This document shows positions 39,377 through 49,772 of a stretch of DNA of 64,000 nucleotides, in pieces. The DNA is taken from contig CBFHPY010000008.1 of the NCBI GenBank assembly GCA_965657775.1, forward strand, positions 687,786 to 751,785, given 5' to 3'. The notes under the pieces are model-generated. The model was not told the origin of the DNA and ran no database searches. It saw only the letters and a program-made list of their open reading frames with translations. The position numbers were made by a program, and so were the translations under genes. Within the stretch, counting starts at the first letter, position 1. Every line of letters begins with the position of its first letter. The DNA comes from Verrucomicrobiales bacterium. GTDB lineage: Bacteria > Verrucomicrobiota > Verrucomicrobiia > Verrucomicrobiales > DEV007.

Positions 39377-39407
39377 AACAGGGTCAGGTCGGTGACCTAA
39401 CCCTGTT
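39377..39407 (-). terminator. Stem-loop after pgk (terminator- or stabiliser-like)
   Basis: AACAGGGT-C-AGGTC-GGT-GACCT-A-ACCCTGTT inverted repeat; on the minus strand it is followed by TATTTCTTT. Confidence 0.65.
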
Positions 39408-39416
39408 GGGTGTTGA

Positions 39417-40625
39417 TTATTTGTCGTCGAGGGCAGCTATACCGGGAAGGTCCTTACCTTCGAGAAGCTCGAGAGAAGCGCCTCCTCCGGTGGACATGTG
39501 ATCCATCTTCTCTCCGAATCCGAACTGGTTCGCCGCGGTGACAGAGTCTCCTCCACCCACGATCGTGATCGCAGCCTCGTTCTCAGCGATTGCAGCTCCG
39601 ACAGCTTTAGTTCCAATATCGAATCCTCGTTTTTCGAATACCCCCATGGGGCCATTCCAAATAATAGTGCCGGCTTCCGCGATGACCTTGGTAAAGTCTT
39701 CGATTGCCCTGTCTCCAATGTCGATGCCTTCGCGATCGGAAGGAACGGCGGTTCCAGGTTCCCCCCAGATTCCGGTGCACTCGGTCGGAGCGTCATCGGC
39801 AAATTCTGCGGTGTGGCGAGTGTCGGCAGGAAGGTGAAACGGCGTTCCGTTTTCTTCGGCGGTTTTAAGAATGCCGCGAGCCATCTCGAGGGCTTCTTCT
39901 TTGCGTTCGGCAAAGCTTTTACCCATTTCGAATCCCTGCGCAAGACGGAAGGTATTAGCCATCGCTCCTCCAATGATGAAGGCGTCGGCTTTTTCCATGA
40001 GTCGCTCGAGAATCTGGATCTTGTCCGAAACCTTGGCTCCGCCCATGATGACGACGAAAGGACGCTGAGGCTCTTCGAGCTTGGTCACAAGATATTCGAG
40101 TTCTTTCTCGATGAGGAATCCCATGGCGCAGGTATCAATGAAGGCGGTGACCCCGGCGGTCGATGCATGCGCGCGATGAGCCGTTCCAAAGGCATCGTTC
40201 ACGTAGATGTCGCCATGCTTTGCCAGTTGCTCGGAAAAAGTACTGTCATTGTCGGTTTCTCCGGCATAGAAGCGGACATTCTCGAGAAGAAGAACTTCTC
40301 CATCTTCGAGAGCAGCGACGGCGGCCTCCACTGTTTCACCGACACAATCGTCGACGAATTTTACATTGGCAGAAATCAACTCGCCGAGACGAGCTGCGGC
40401 AGGCTTCAGAGAGAATTCCGGATTCTTCTCTCCCTTGGGGCGACCTAGGTGGGACATGACGATGACCTTTCCACCGGCATTGGTGAGGTGCTCGATCGAA
40501 GGAATTGCTCCTTTGATTCGGCTGTCATCAGTGATGTTGCCGTCGTCGTCGAGAGGCACATTAAAGTCGACGCGCATGAGGACGCGTTTTCCGGCGGGAT
40601 CGATATCGCGAATAGATTTTTTCAT
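39417..40625 (-). CDS. pgk: Phosphoglycerate kinase
   Basis: RVDFNVP, SHLGRPKG, NDAFGTAHRAH, GGAKVSDK, WNGPMG, STGGGASLE. Confidence 0.98.
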   Translation of the reverse strand: MKKSIRDIDPAGKRVLMRVDFNVPLDDDGNITDDSRIKGAIPSIEHLTNAGGKVIVMSHLGRPKGEKNPEFSLKPAAARLGELISANVKFVDDCVGETVEAAVAALEDGEVLLLENVRFYAGETDNDSTFSEQLAKHGDIYVNDAFGTAHRAHASTAGVTAFIDTCAMGFLIEKELEYLVTKLEEPQRPFVVIMGGAKVSDKIQILERLMEKADAFIIGGAMANTFRLAQGFEMGKSFAERKEEALEMARGILKTAEENGTPFHLPADTRHTAEFADDAPTECTGIWGEPGTAVPSDREGIDIGDRAIEDFTKVIAEAGTIIWNGPMGVFEKRGFDIGTKAVGAAIAENEAAITIVGGGDSVTAANQFGFGEKMDHMSTGGGASLELLEGKDLPGIAALDDK

Positions 40626-40699
40626 CGGGAAGATTCTGCGCTTCGGAGATTCTGCTCCAGAGCTTTAGTTGGTTCTTTACTTCTAGAAGACTGATTCTC

Positions 40700-40740
40700 A
40701 AAAAAAAGCACCCGCCGACTGAGTCAGTCGGGGGCGCTTC
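40700..40740 (-). terminator. Intrinsic terminator-like hairpin between gap and pgk
   Basis: Minus strand AAGCGCCCCCGACTG-ACT-CAGTCGGCGGGTGCTTTTTTTT. Confidence 0.75.
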
Positions 40741-40777
40741 GAAAATCAAAAACTGATTTGTCGAGAGGTCAACTCGA

Positions 40778-41800
<1,023 letters not shown>

Positions 41801-42206
41801 CTATGCGAGGGCGTTGGCCCAGAGCGTTCGCCCATTACTGAACGAACATTTTCCAGCTCCACCCATGGGTGGCAGCCGCGGCTACCCTATTGACGAATAA
41901 GAATCCGTCAAAGGAAAAGCCAGTGCCAAAGCAGACACAGGAATCGGCCCAGATTCTGTTGCTATCCCCAAAAATTACCGGGGAAACCACCTCCAGCCCC
42001 CGTCTTTTCGAAGAAACAGAGGGAAAAGCACACGTGATATGTATCGAAATTAGAAAGAAAAATGAACAAAACAGCAAGTCTATCCGTCATATCTCGTGAA
42101 AACATGTGGCCAGTTGCTGCTAGAAACACAAACCTCCCCCTACGAAACACCCGGTAAGACAATTTATAACGGATTTCTTAAATTCTTAAAAATCTCAAAT
42201 TTTGCC

Positions 42207-42234
42207 TTGCGGTTAAATTTATAATATTTATAAT
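42207..42234 (+). promoter_or_regulatory. Putative sigma70 promoter
   Basis: TTGCGG-N16-TATAAT in a very AT-rich tract, 22 nt upstream of ATG 42257. Confidence 0.55.
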
Positions 42235-42256
42235 CAAGCCATAAATTCGATCTACC

Positions 42257-42961
42257 ATGAAGAAACTCATAGTCGTTGTTAATGATTTAGAGCGCTCTGG
42301 AAAGTCCGCTCTCGCACGCGCAATCAGCCATCACTTGTCTGAAGCGGAAACCAACCATCTCCTTGTCACCTCGAATGAGATGGACATGAGTGACTCCTTT
42401 ACTGGCGCATTCTGGGACTTGGAAGACCAATTTGACGTTTCCCAGCTCATCGGCGCGCTCGATAGCTACGACGCCATCGTAGTTGACGTTCACACCGGAG
42501 CAGCTCGCATTTGGGGCGAATTCTGTGAGGCCGCTGATCTTGAGAATCTCCTCGCTGAGATTGACACCGAAATGACTGTCGTGATCCCCAACGGCCAGGG
42601 AGAGCGCTGCAATGAGGAAATCACTGACCTGGCGGAGATTTTCGCCGACCAAGCCGACTATGTGGTCGCACAGATGCCTGGCGATGAGCGGGCGATCCAG
42701 TGGAAGAAGAGTCCAGCAGAGAAAGCTCTTCGCTTTCTCGGTGCCGCCGAAGTTGCTCTTCCGGCCGTTTCTGATGGGCTGAAAACTGCCATGGAAAGTA
42801 GTGAGATCGATTTTAAGGAGGCCCTCAATCAGCCTTCAACGCTTCCTCGATTCGCCGAGGTTCAGGTTTCTCAGTGGCTCGAAGAGGTTTCTAACGCTCT
42901 GTGCGCAGGTCAGGACTATCTGGTTGCAGACAACGTCGTTGCTGTAGCGCTCGACTACTGA
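42257..42961 (+). CDS. ParA/MinD-superfamily (TraL-like) protein with degenerate P-loop
   Basis: KLIVVVNDLERSGKSALARA occupies the position of KGGVGKS; AIVVDVHTG is Walker-B-like. Confidence 0.7.
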   Translation: MKKLIVVVNDLERSGKSALARAISHHLSEAETNHLLVTSNEMDMSDSFTGAFWDLEDQFDVSQLIGALDSYDAIVVDVHTGAARIWGEFCEAADLENLLAEIDTEMTVVIPNGQGERCNEEITDLAEIFADQADYVVAQMPGDERAIQWKKSPAEKALRFLGAAEVALPAVSDGLKTAMESSEIDFKEALNQPSTLPRFAEVQVSQWLEEVSNALCAGQDYLVADNVVAVALDY

Positions 42962-42993
42962 CCCGAATTTTTGAATTACCCCTCCACTCAAGC

Positions 42994-43024
42994 AAAGGGC
43001 TCTCCCATACGGGAGAGCCTTTTC
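42994..43024. terminator. Intrinsic terminator between convergent genes
   Basis: AAAGGGCTCTCCC-ATAC-GGGAGAGCCTTTT. Confidence 0.85.
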
Positions 43025-43063
43025 GCTTTTCAGAATTAGTTGGTTCGCTCTTTGGCCGGCCAA

Positions 43064-43723
43064 TTAGGCAAGCGATGCTGGAAGACGATGCACTCGGACG
43101 TTTTCTCCGCGTTCATAGATTTCCGAAGCAGATCCAATCACGAGCAGATCCATGTGATCGAGCAATGCTTCGTCTTTGCCGGTATAGGGTATCTGGTTGA
43201 GAAGGAACTTGATCGCATTGATCATCGCACGTTTTTTGTCATCCGATCGCACGATCGTCCATGGAGCATCCGCAGTATCCGTGTAGAAGAGCATCGATTT
43301 TTTCGCCTCGGTGTATTCGTCCCATCGACTCAGAGACTCGACCTCCGTCGGGCTCAGCTCCCATTGCTTCAGCGGATCTTTGGCTCAACTGAGAAACCGT
43401 CGCGATTGTTCTTCGAGACTGACCAAGAACCAGAACTTTACGAGGTGAGCACCGCTGCAGGTGACCATCCTTTCAAATTCCGGAGCCTGCCGCATAAACT
43501 TGAGGTATTCCGCAGCGCTGTAGAACCCCATTACCTCTTCGACATCGGCTCGGTTGTGCTACGACCGGTCGAAAAACACGATTTTTTTGGGTAGATGTTT
43601 TTCGACGAGTTCGCCGATGGCTAATACCGTCGGAAAAATGATAGGACGCAGAACTTCTTCGAGTTCATCTGGCGAATCGTCTTCAAGTTCGGTTGCAGGA
43701 AGCGATTCCTGTGGAGCACTCAT
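43064..43723 (-). pseudogene. ppk2: Polyphosphate kinase 2 pseudogene
   Basis: One frame from ATG 43723: IVFFDRS*HNRA..E.VMGF...KFWF.VS.EEQ.RRF..*.KDPLKQWELSP...YTDTADAPW...SDDKKRA. TAG at 43559, TGA at 43385; the Walker A region is absent. Confidence 0.88.
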
Positions 43724-43856
43724 CTACCTTCCTGCACTTCAATCCAATTGGGGGCAAGAGGCCCAAAGACTGAGGGCCAGGGAATGTGGAGTCGATGACT
43801 ACTCGTGCGGAGTCACCGTTCAAAAGGTTGGGGTGCTGCCCAGTCTCAGGCTGTGA

Positions 43857-44675
43857 TTACACCTGAGCTTCGATTTTCTGCATGTAGCGCAGACTCTCTT
43901 CACAGATCGTCTCAATCCCCGGCTCGTAGCGAAAGACTTCGACGCTGACCCATCCGTCATAAGCCGTTTCCTCAAGGGCTGAGAAAATCGGATCAAACTC
44001 CACCTCTCCCATTCCAGGGCCCAGCAGGTTCGGATCGTTTGCGTGGAAGTGAGCAGTCCAATCGCTTGAGTCACGAATGATATCGTCGATCGGTTTTCCC
44101 TCATCGGACATCGCTTTGACATCGAGGTGAAGGCGGCAGTTTGGTGAGTCGACAAGCTTTGCCAGCTCGATACCGCTGGCAGCAGTATTGAGAAAGTCTC
44201 CTTCGCCTCGACCCAGTGGTTCCAGTGCCAGGGTAACGCCGCAATCTTCGAGAACTGGCATCGCTGCCCGAACGACTTCGGCGGCGTAGTCTAATCCTTG
44301 CCCATGGGAAACTCCGTCGAGGAGGTTTCTTTGTTGAGGGGAACCGAGGACCATGATTGAACCTCCGAGGTCTCGACACAGTCGAGCGAGTTCGGCCAAG
44401 TAGTCGCTGGTGCGTTGGCGTACCGCTTCGTCTGGTGTCGTGAGGTAGAATCCTTCGGTCTTGGCGAGGAGCCAGTGAAGGCCGACACATTCGAGGCCTG
44501 AATCCGAAATCTGATCGCGAAACAGATCCCGTTGTTCCTTCGATACTTCGGTCGCCGAAGCGGCGAGAGTGAAGGGGGCGATCTCGATTCCCGTGTAGCC
44601 GACTTCACGAGCGTAGGCAAAGGCCTTCTCAAAAGGCCAGTCCTGGAAGGTCTCGTTGCAGATCGCGTATTTCAT
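43857..44675 (-). CDS. Sugar phosphate isomerase/epimerase (xylose-isomerase-like TIM barrel)
   Basis: GYTGIEIAP, ALEPL, LHLDVKAM, HFHAND, PGMG, WVSVEVF. Confidence 0.88.
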   Translation of the reverse strand: MKYAICNETFQDWPFEKAFAYAREVGYTGIEIAPFTLAASATEVSKEQRDLFRDQISDSGLECVGLHWLLAKTEGFYLTTPDEAVRQRTSDYLAELARLCRDLGGSIMVLGSPQQRNLLDGVSHGQGLDYAAEVVRAAMPVLEDCGVTLALEPLGRGEGDFLNTAASGIELAKLVDSPNCRLHLDVKAMSDEGKPIDDIIRDSSDWTAHFHANDPNLLGPGMGEVEFDPIFSALEETAYDGWVSVEVFRYEPGIETICEESLRYMQKIEAQV

Positions 44676-44701
44676 GGAAGCTGCTTGGAAATGCGTTGTC
44701 T

Positions 44702-45898
44702 CTATCGGCGACGTCGACCTGGAGGACGCTTGCGTCGGAGCGGAGCGGCAGGCTTGTCGTCAAGGAGAGCGGTGTAGTTGTATTGGAATCCGTCGATCTT
44801 GCGGCGTTCGATCTTTTGATCGACATAGTGCTCGACGGCAGCGGCGTTTTCTAGTTCGTCGGCTGTGAGGATCGTAAAGGCATCTCCCTCCTGCTGAGCT
44901 CGGCCTGTTCGTCCGATTCGGTGAACGTAGTCCTCTGGATTCTCCGGAACACGATAGTTGATGACGTGGGTCACTCCTGAGATATCAAGACCGCGAGCCG
45001 CGATATCGGTCGCTACGATGATGTTGAAGCTGCCATCGCGAAACCCTTGGAGAGCTTTAGTTCGGTCGCTTTGTCGAATGTCGGAGTGCAAGGCTGTCGG
45101 CTTGGTCCCTTCGATATCCTTGATCCGGGCGAGAAGAGAATCGGCCTCCTTTTTGGTCCGGGTGAAAATCATCATGCTTTCGAAGCCGGTCTGCTCAACC
45201 AGTGCGAGAATGAGTTCGTCGCGCTGATCCATTCCGACAGGATAGAAGGCGTGGCTTACCGTTTCAGCTGGAGAGCGACGCTCACCGATCTCGACCTCCA
45301 CCGGGTCTTTCAGTGCCCAGTTGGCGAGAGTCTGGATCGCTCCCGGCATCGTCGCGGAGAAGAAAAGCGTCTTTCGCTGTGGAGGACAGCGATCAATGAT
45401 CTTCTTAACATCAGGGAGGAAGCCCATATCGAGCATGCGATCGACTTCGTCGAGGACGAGATATTCGATCGAGCTGAGATCGATATTGCCTTTCTCCATA
45501 TGATCGAGAAGTCGACCAGGAGTCGCGATGATCACATCAGGTTGATTCTCCAGTGCTTCGATCTGGTGTCCATATCCTACTCCTCCGTGAAGAAGCATGA
45601 CATTCAGCGGCTTATGATAGGAGAAGACATTCATCTGATCTTCGACCTGAGCCGCCAATTCTCGAGTCGGTTCGAGGACAAGACACTGGGGACTCTTCGA
45701 GGGACCGATCTTCGAAATGATGGGAAGCGAGAAGGCCGCCGTCTTTCCGGTTCCGGTTTGCGAGGCGCCAATGATATCGCGACCCTCGAGTGCGACAGGG
45801 ATCGCCTGGGCCTGGATGGGCGTCGGCTCTTCGTAACCGGCTTTTTTTACCGCCCGTAGCACCGGTCCTGTAAGTCCTAGATCTTCAAAAGAAGGCAT
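44702..45898 (-). CDS. DEAD/DEVD-box RNA helicase
   Basis: QTGTGKT, PTRELAAQ, TPGRLLD, DEVD, SAT, HRIGRTGRA; probable ATG at 45898. Confidence 0.95.
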   Translation of the reverse strand: MPSFEDLGLTGPVLRAVKKAGYEEPTPIQAQAIPVALEGRDIIGASQTGTGKTAAFSLPIISKIGPSKSPQCLVLEPTRELAAQVEDQMNVFSYHKPLNVMLLHGGVGYGHQIEALENQPDVIIATPGRLLDHMEKGNIDLSSIEYLVLDEVDRMLDMGFLPDVKKIIDRCPPQRKTLFFSATMPGAIQTLANWALKDPVEVEIGERRSPAETVSHAFYPVGMDQRDELILALVEQTGFESMMIFTRTKKEADSLLARIKDIEGTKPTALHSDIRQSDRTKALQGFRDGSFNIIVATDIAARGLDISGVTHVINYRVPENPEDYVHRIGRTGRAQQEGDAFTILTADELENAAAVEHYVDQKIERRKIDGFQYNYTALLDDKPAAPLRRKRPPGRRRR

Positions 45899-45990
45899 CC
45901 GGGACAAAGGAGGCGAAGAATGCACCTTTCAAGGACAAATTGGATTTGTTTTGAGAAGTCGACTTAATTTCAGATCTCGTTTGAGAGAGG

Positions 45991-46455
45991 CTACTTCTTG
46001 TTCTTCTTCCGTTGGGAGAAAATCTGATCGAGGCTCAATCTCCCCGCTCCGCCAAGACCGAGCCCGAGAAAGATCACGAGATAGAGCAGAAGAGTCTGTG
46101 GGGACAGAGCTTTTGAGACCTCAAGGGGTAGAAAGAATGCGAAGCCGATCAGTACAAAAGCAACGATTCCATTGATTCGTGTAAGAATTCCTAAGGTGAT
46201 TCCAAGAAGTGCGATCGTGAGGAGCATAACTGCGCTCATGGCGATCACTCCGGGCACCGGCAGGCCAAGATCCGTGATCGAACCGACGAGGCTCCATTCT
46301 GCTTTTTCCCACAAGTAGAGCCGGGCTAGATTTAATTGATTACCCAGTTGGTAGTAGAGGAATGCGAGAACGGCGAGAATTCGAATCAGCAGTAGTGCAA
46401 GATCCGAAGATTGCGGCTTCGAAGATTTATTCTCGGGTATTGGCTGAAACGGCAT
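45991..46455 (-). CDS. DoxX family membrane protein
   Basis: LLLIRI...GILTR...GAGRLSLD DoxX pattern; four TM segments. Confidence 0.75.
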   Translation of the reverse strand: MPFQPIPENKSSKPQSSDLALLLIRILAVLAFLYYQLGNQLNLARLYLWEKAEWSLVGSITDLGLPVPGVIAMSAVMLLTIALLGITLGILTRINGIVAFVLIGFAFFLPLEVSKALSPQTLLLYLVIFLGLGLGGAGRLSLDQIFSQRKKNKK

Positions 46456-46597
46456 CGATCACTAAATGGACGGGTCGCACTGAAGCACACGCGAGAAGAA
46501 CTATGCAATCGAAATCGCTACCTCCGTTGCTATATGCCAAGGTGCCGGGGACAATTCCTGCAAGCCAGTAGCTGGAGAAGAATAGACAGAGAATAGG

Positions 46598-47292
46598 CTA
46601 TTGCTTCAAGTAGGCAAAAACGTTTGTCCGTTCCACGGGAGTGAGGACTCCGCGATAGAAAAGTAGGTCTTCAATATGAACGGCCTTCTGTGCCGAGGGA
46701 GATTTAGGAATGTTGAGGAAACCAAGTTCGCATCCTGTGAGAGGGAGTTGACCTTTTGCCCTGCTGCTCCCGACACTACTGGCAAGGTTCTTTCCATTCC
46801 AGTGCAGGATAACGAGCATATCGAGATTGGTAGTGTCCTCTTTCGGTTTCTCGGCGACTGGTTTTTTGGTGAACGGTTCTTGGATCAAGGAAGGATTTAG
46901 CGGAGGTGTCTTCTCTCCATTCGACAAGCCGACGATCACCAGTTCTCCAGCGGGGCTTACGATGACGACGCTAGAGATCAGGATTTTCTGACGAAAAGGG
47001 GTTCGTGTCGTCGGCTCGTATCGGTGGGTCGCGCCTTTTGGTTTCCCGTGCAGTGAATCGGTATAGAGCTGGGTGTCGGTAGCGATTCTGCGTTTGAAGG
47101 CCGAAGACGTTGCGGCAGGATTGCTTCCCCCTGGAGTAGTGTAGAGGAGACCGGCTCATTGAGTTGGGTGTCCTCGATCGGGAGCAATCTTTTGATCGCG
47201 ACATCACGCTTCAAGCGAAGGTCCACGGCCTTGTAGACCGCGCCAGCCCCTTCTCGACCAATTCGGCCCTTGATTTCATACCGAGCTGACAT
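46598..47292 (-). pseudogene. Decayed Ser/Thr protein kinase gene with LamG-like C-terminal remnant
   Basis: RYEIKGRIGREGAGAVYKAVD...DVAIKRL (subdomains I-II) then the frame breaks down with no HRD/DFG; downstream piece ends LLFYRGVLT..ER..V.AYLK. Confidence 0.75.
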
Positions 47293-47473
47293 GATTCCGT
47301 GCCGCATAACATTACCTATTTTTTAGTTATAAAAATCATCGAATATTCTAGAATTGAATTTTGCCGGAGGAGTGGTGATCTTGAACGTGGCTGTGAAATG
47401 AAGGCTTAGAATCGATCCCTCTATTTTTCGATTCGAGGTTTCTGAACAGGCTGCTAGGGTGTGCCGCAGAAGA

Positions 47474-48748
47474 ATGGAGAACCGATTGTACGACGAATTC
47501 GACTGGCAACGCTGTGAAGGCGATTTGCCGTTTACGAAAAAAGACTACCGCACTGCATTTCAGGTCGATCGTGACCGGATCATCCACACTTCTGCTTTTC
47601 GTCGCCTTCAAAACAAGACGCAGGTGTTTTTCTCGGGTGAATACGATTTCTATCGGACTCGGCTAACCCATTCGATCGAGGTTGCTCAGATCGGCCGGAG
47701 TCTCTGTCATCGGATCAATCAGACTTCCGAATTGCTTTCGGAGGGTGAAATGATCGATGGGGATCTTGTTGAGGCCGCCTGTCTCTCACACGATATCGGT
47801 CATCCTCCGTTTGGTCATACCGGGGAGCGTACTCTCCACCGTCTCATGCAGCCCTATGGCGGATTTGAGGGGAATGCCCAGACCTTACGAATTCTAACTA
47901 CGATTCTGTTTGGGCCAGAACGGGGCATGAATCCGACACGGGCTCTTCTCGATGGTGTCCTCAAATACAAGACTCTGTTTGGAGAAGTCGAGGGACAGAA
48001 AAATCATTTTCTCTACCGGGAGCAGGCGGACACCTTGGGATTTGTGACAGCCAACCAGGAGTTTCCAGCTAATTGCACGCCAGGTCGGAAACGGAATGGG
48101 TTTCGTTCGATCGAGTGCCAGATCATGGATTGGGCGGACGACACTGCCTATTCACTCAACGATATTGCGGATGGTATCCATGCCGGCTTCATCAATCGGG
48201 AGACTCTCGACCGCTGGGCTGAAGGGGTAGAGTTGTCCGACAGGGAAGAAAGCTGGCTCGAGGAACTCCGCGACGCGATTCGCCGTGATAGGGTTGAGTC
48301 AGCGATCGGGAAGAAGATCGGTCGGTTTATCGGCGCTGCTGAGTTGGCTGAGCGGACGGGGTTTCTCTCTACCGAAACGGCTCGGCATCGCTTCGATCTT
48401 GCGATCGACTCGGAGGTTTCTGAGGAGTGCAGTTTCTACAAACGGATTTCCCTCGGGCTTGTTTTTCGGAGTCAGCAGCTCCAGCAACTCGATTGGAAGT
48501 CCGATTTCATCCTGACTCGGCTCTTCGACGTTTTTGCCGAGCAGTATATTGTGAACTCGGCCCCGTCTGGGAGCACATTTCAGTTGCTTTCGGATGAAGA
48601 AGAAACACTCGTCAAGCAACAGGATACGGAGGCCGATCGGGCCCGCGTCATTTGCGATGTGCTCGCGAAAATGACCGATGGGATTGCGAGTCGAACCTAC
48701 AAGCGACTCTTCGATCCCGATTTTGGGTCGATTAATGATCTGATCTGA
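47474..48748 (+). CDS. dgt: Deoxyguanosinetriphosphate triphosphohydrolase (dGTPase)
   Basis: DRDRIIH, FRRLQNKTQV, RTRLTHSIEV, HDIGHPPFGH, FEGNAQ, ADDTAY; probable ATG at 47474. Confidence 0.93.
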   Translation: MENRLYDEFDWQRCEGDLPFTKKDYRTAFQVDRDRIIHTSAFRRLQNKTQVFFSGEYDFYRTRLTHSIEVAQIGRSLCHRINQTSELLSEGEMIDGDLVEAACLSHDIGHPPFGHTGERTLHRLMQPYGGFEGNAQTLRILTTILFGPERGMNPTRALLDGVLKYKTLFGEVEGQKNHFLYREQADTLGFVTANQEFPANCTPGRKRNGFRSIECQIMDWADDTAYSLNDIADGIHAGFINRETLDRWAEGVELSDREESWLEELRDAIRRDRVESAIGKKIGRFIGAAELAERTGFLSTETARHRFDLAIDSEVSEECSFYKRISLGLVFRSQQLQQLDWKSDFILTRLFDVFAEQYIVNSAPSGSTFQLLSDEEETLVKQQDTEADRARVICDVLAKMTDGIASRTYKRLFDPDFGSINDLI

Positions 48749-48781
48749 GCCCGCTCGAACGAGCTCGATCAGGTCCGACTT

Positions 48782-49627
48782 TCAGCCCTTGGCTGCCGCT
48801 TTCGGAGCGGCCTTCGCTGCGGGCTTTTTCTTGGGAGGATTGACATCGGCTGCGTCATCCGGAATCGGAGTGTCCTCGGGAGAGGTGACCTTTGATGTGG
48901 GGAGACGCTTCAGAGTTACATTGCGAATTTCAACACGCATTGCAGGTCCCTTGTGGATCTGAAAAGCGATGACTCCTGCGAGATCACGCTCGGCTTCGTC
49001 GTGATCGTAGGCGTCTGCGGTGGTCACACCATTGACTTCATGGACGAGATAGTTACCCTGGGCAGTGATCTTGTAGGTATTCCAGTCTTCGGTCACAAAC
49101 TCGGGCTCGAGCGGAAGATCGCCGACTTGTTTCGCTTTGCCGTCGGTAGTGATGACTGCTTTCATCCCTCGCTTGCAGAGAATGCCGCGACCTTTCTCGT
49201 CGTAGAGCATTCCATTCGCCCAGATTGCCGGGTGCATGTCGCACTGGTATCCGCTCACAACATTCTCGCCCAGGTCAGGGCGGAGTTGAGCTCTATATTG
49301 GATTCCGGAATTATTTCCATCACTGATCAATTTGAGCTCGGCCGTGAGTTGAAAATTTTCAACTGGCTCTCCGTCCCAGATCAGGAACTGATTGTAGGGC
49401 AGCGGCGACTCTTCTGTAGTCGTTCCGACAATGACGCCGTTCTCGACTTTCCAGTTCTCGGCATTTCCTGTCCAGCCGGAGAGATCCGATCCGTTGAAGA
49501 GAACTTCGACCCCATCTTCCGCAGGGGTCTGGCCCTCAAGCTGGGTCGGTTCTGGATCGGAGCAGCTTGAGAGGAGGAAGAGCGCAGAAACACAGCAACA
49601 GGAGAGAAGATATGATGGGGATTTCAT
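48782..49627 (-). CDS. DUF1080 (3-keto-disaccharide hydrolase-like) lipoprotein
   Basis: Lipobox LLSSC; LFNGSDLSGW, NSGIQYR, GYQCD, WNTY.I, GVIAFQIH. Confidence 0.88.
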   Translation of the reverse strand: MKSPSYLLSCCCVSALFLLSSCSDPEPTQLEGQTPAEDGVEVLFNGSDLSGWTGNAENWKVENGVIVGTTTEESPLPYNQFLIWDGEPVENFQLTAELKLISDGNNSGIQYRAQLRPDLGENVVSGYQCDMHPAIWANGMLYDEKGRGILCKRGMKAVITTDGKAKQVGDLPLEPEFVTEDWNTYKITAQGNYLVHEVNGVTTADAYDHDEAERDLAGVIAFQIHKGPAMRVEIRNVTLKRLPTSKVTSPEDTPIPDDAADVNPPKKKPAAKAAPKAAAKG

Positions 49628-49699
49628 GTGAGAGGAAGTTAATCACAGAATCGGTTCCTCACGAGAAGAAAGAGTAGTCTCTGCTACGGACCGAGCAGT

Positions 49700-49744
49700 C
49701 ACGAAAAAACCCGATCCGGGGGTGACCAGATCGGGCTTTTCGTG
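49700..49744 (-). terminator. Intrinsic terminator after the pilin-like gene
   Basis: CACGAAAA-AACCCGATC...GATCGGGC-TTTTCGTG inverted repeat; T tract on the minus strand. Confidence 0.7.
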
Positions 49745-49772
49745 TTGGGGTTACAAAAACCGATCGTAGCGA

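Noticed and set aside
41835-42099. Short ORFs or a known ncRNA in the gap upstream region
   Set aside because: The ORFs lack motifs and overlap on opposite strands; I could not match the region to RNase P, tmRNA, SRP, 6S or a riboswitch by eye. An Rfam scan would be needed.
47474-48748. dGTPase as an anti-phage defence gene
   Set aside because: Ordinary Dgt motifs in a housekeeping context with no defence-island neighbours; nothing in the sequence supports a defence role.
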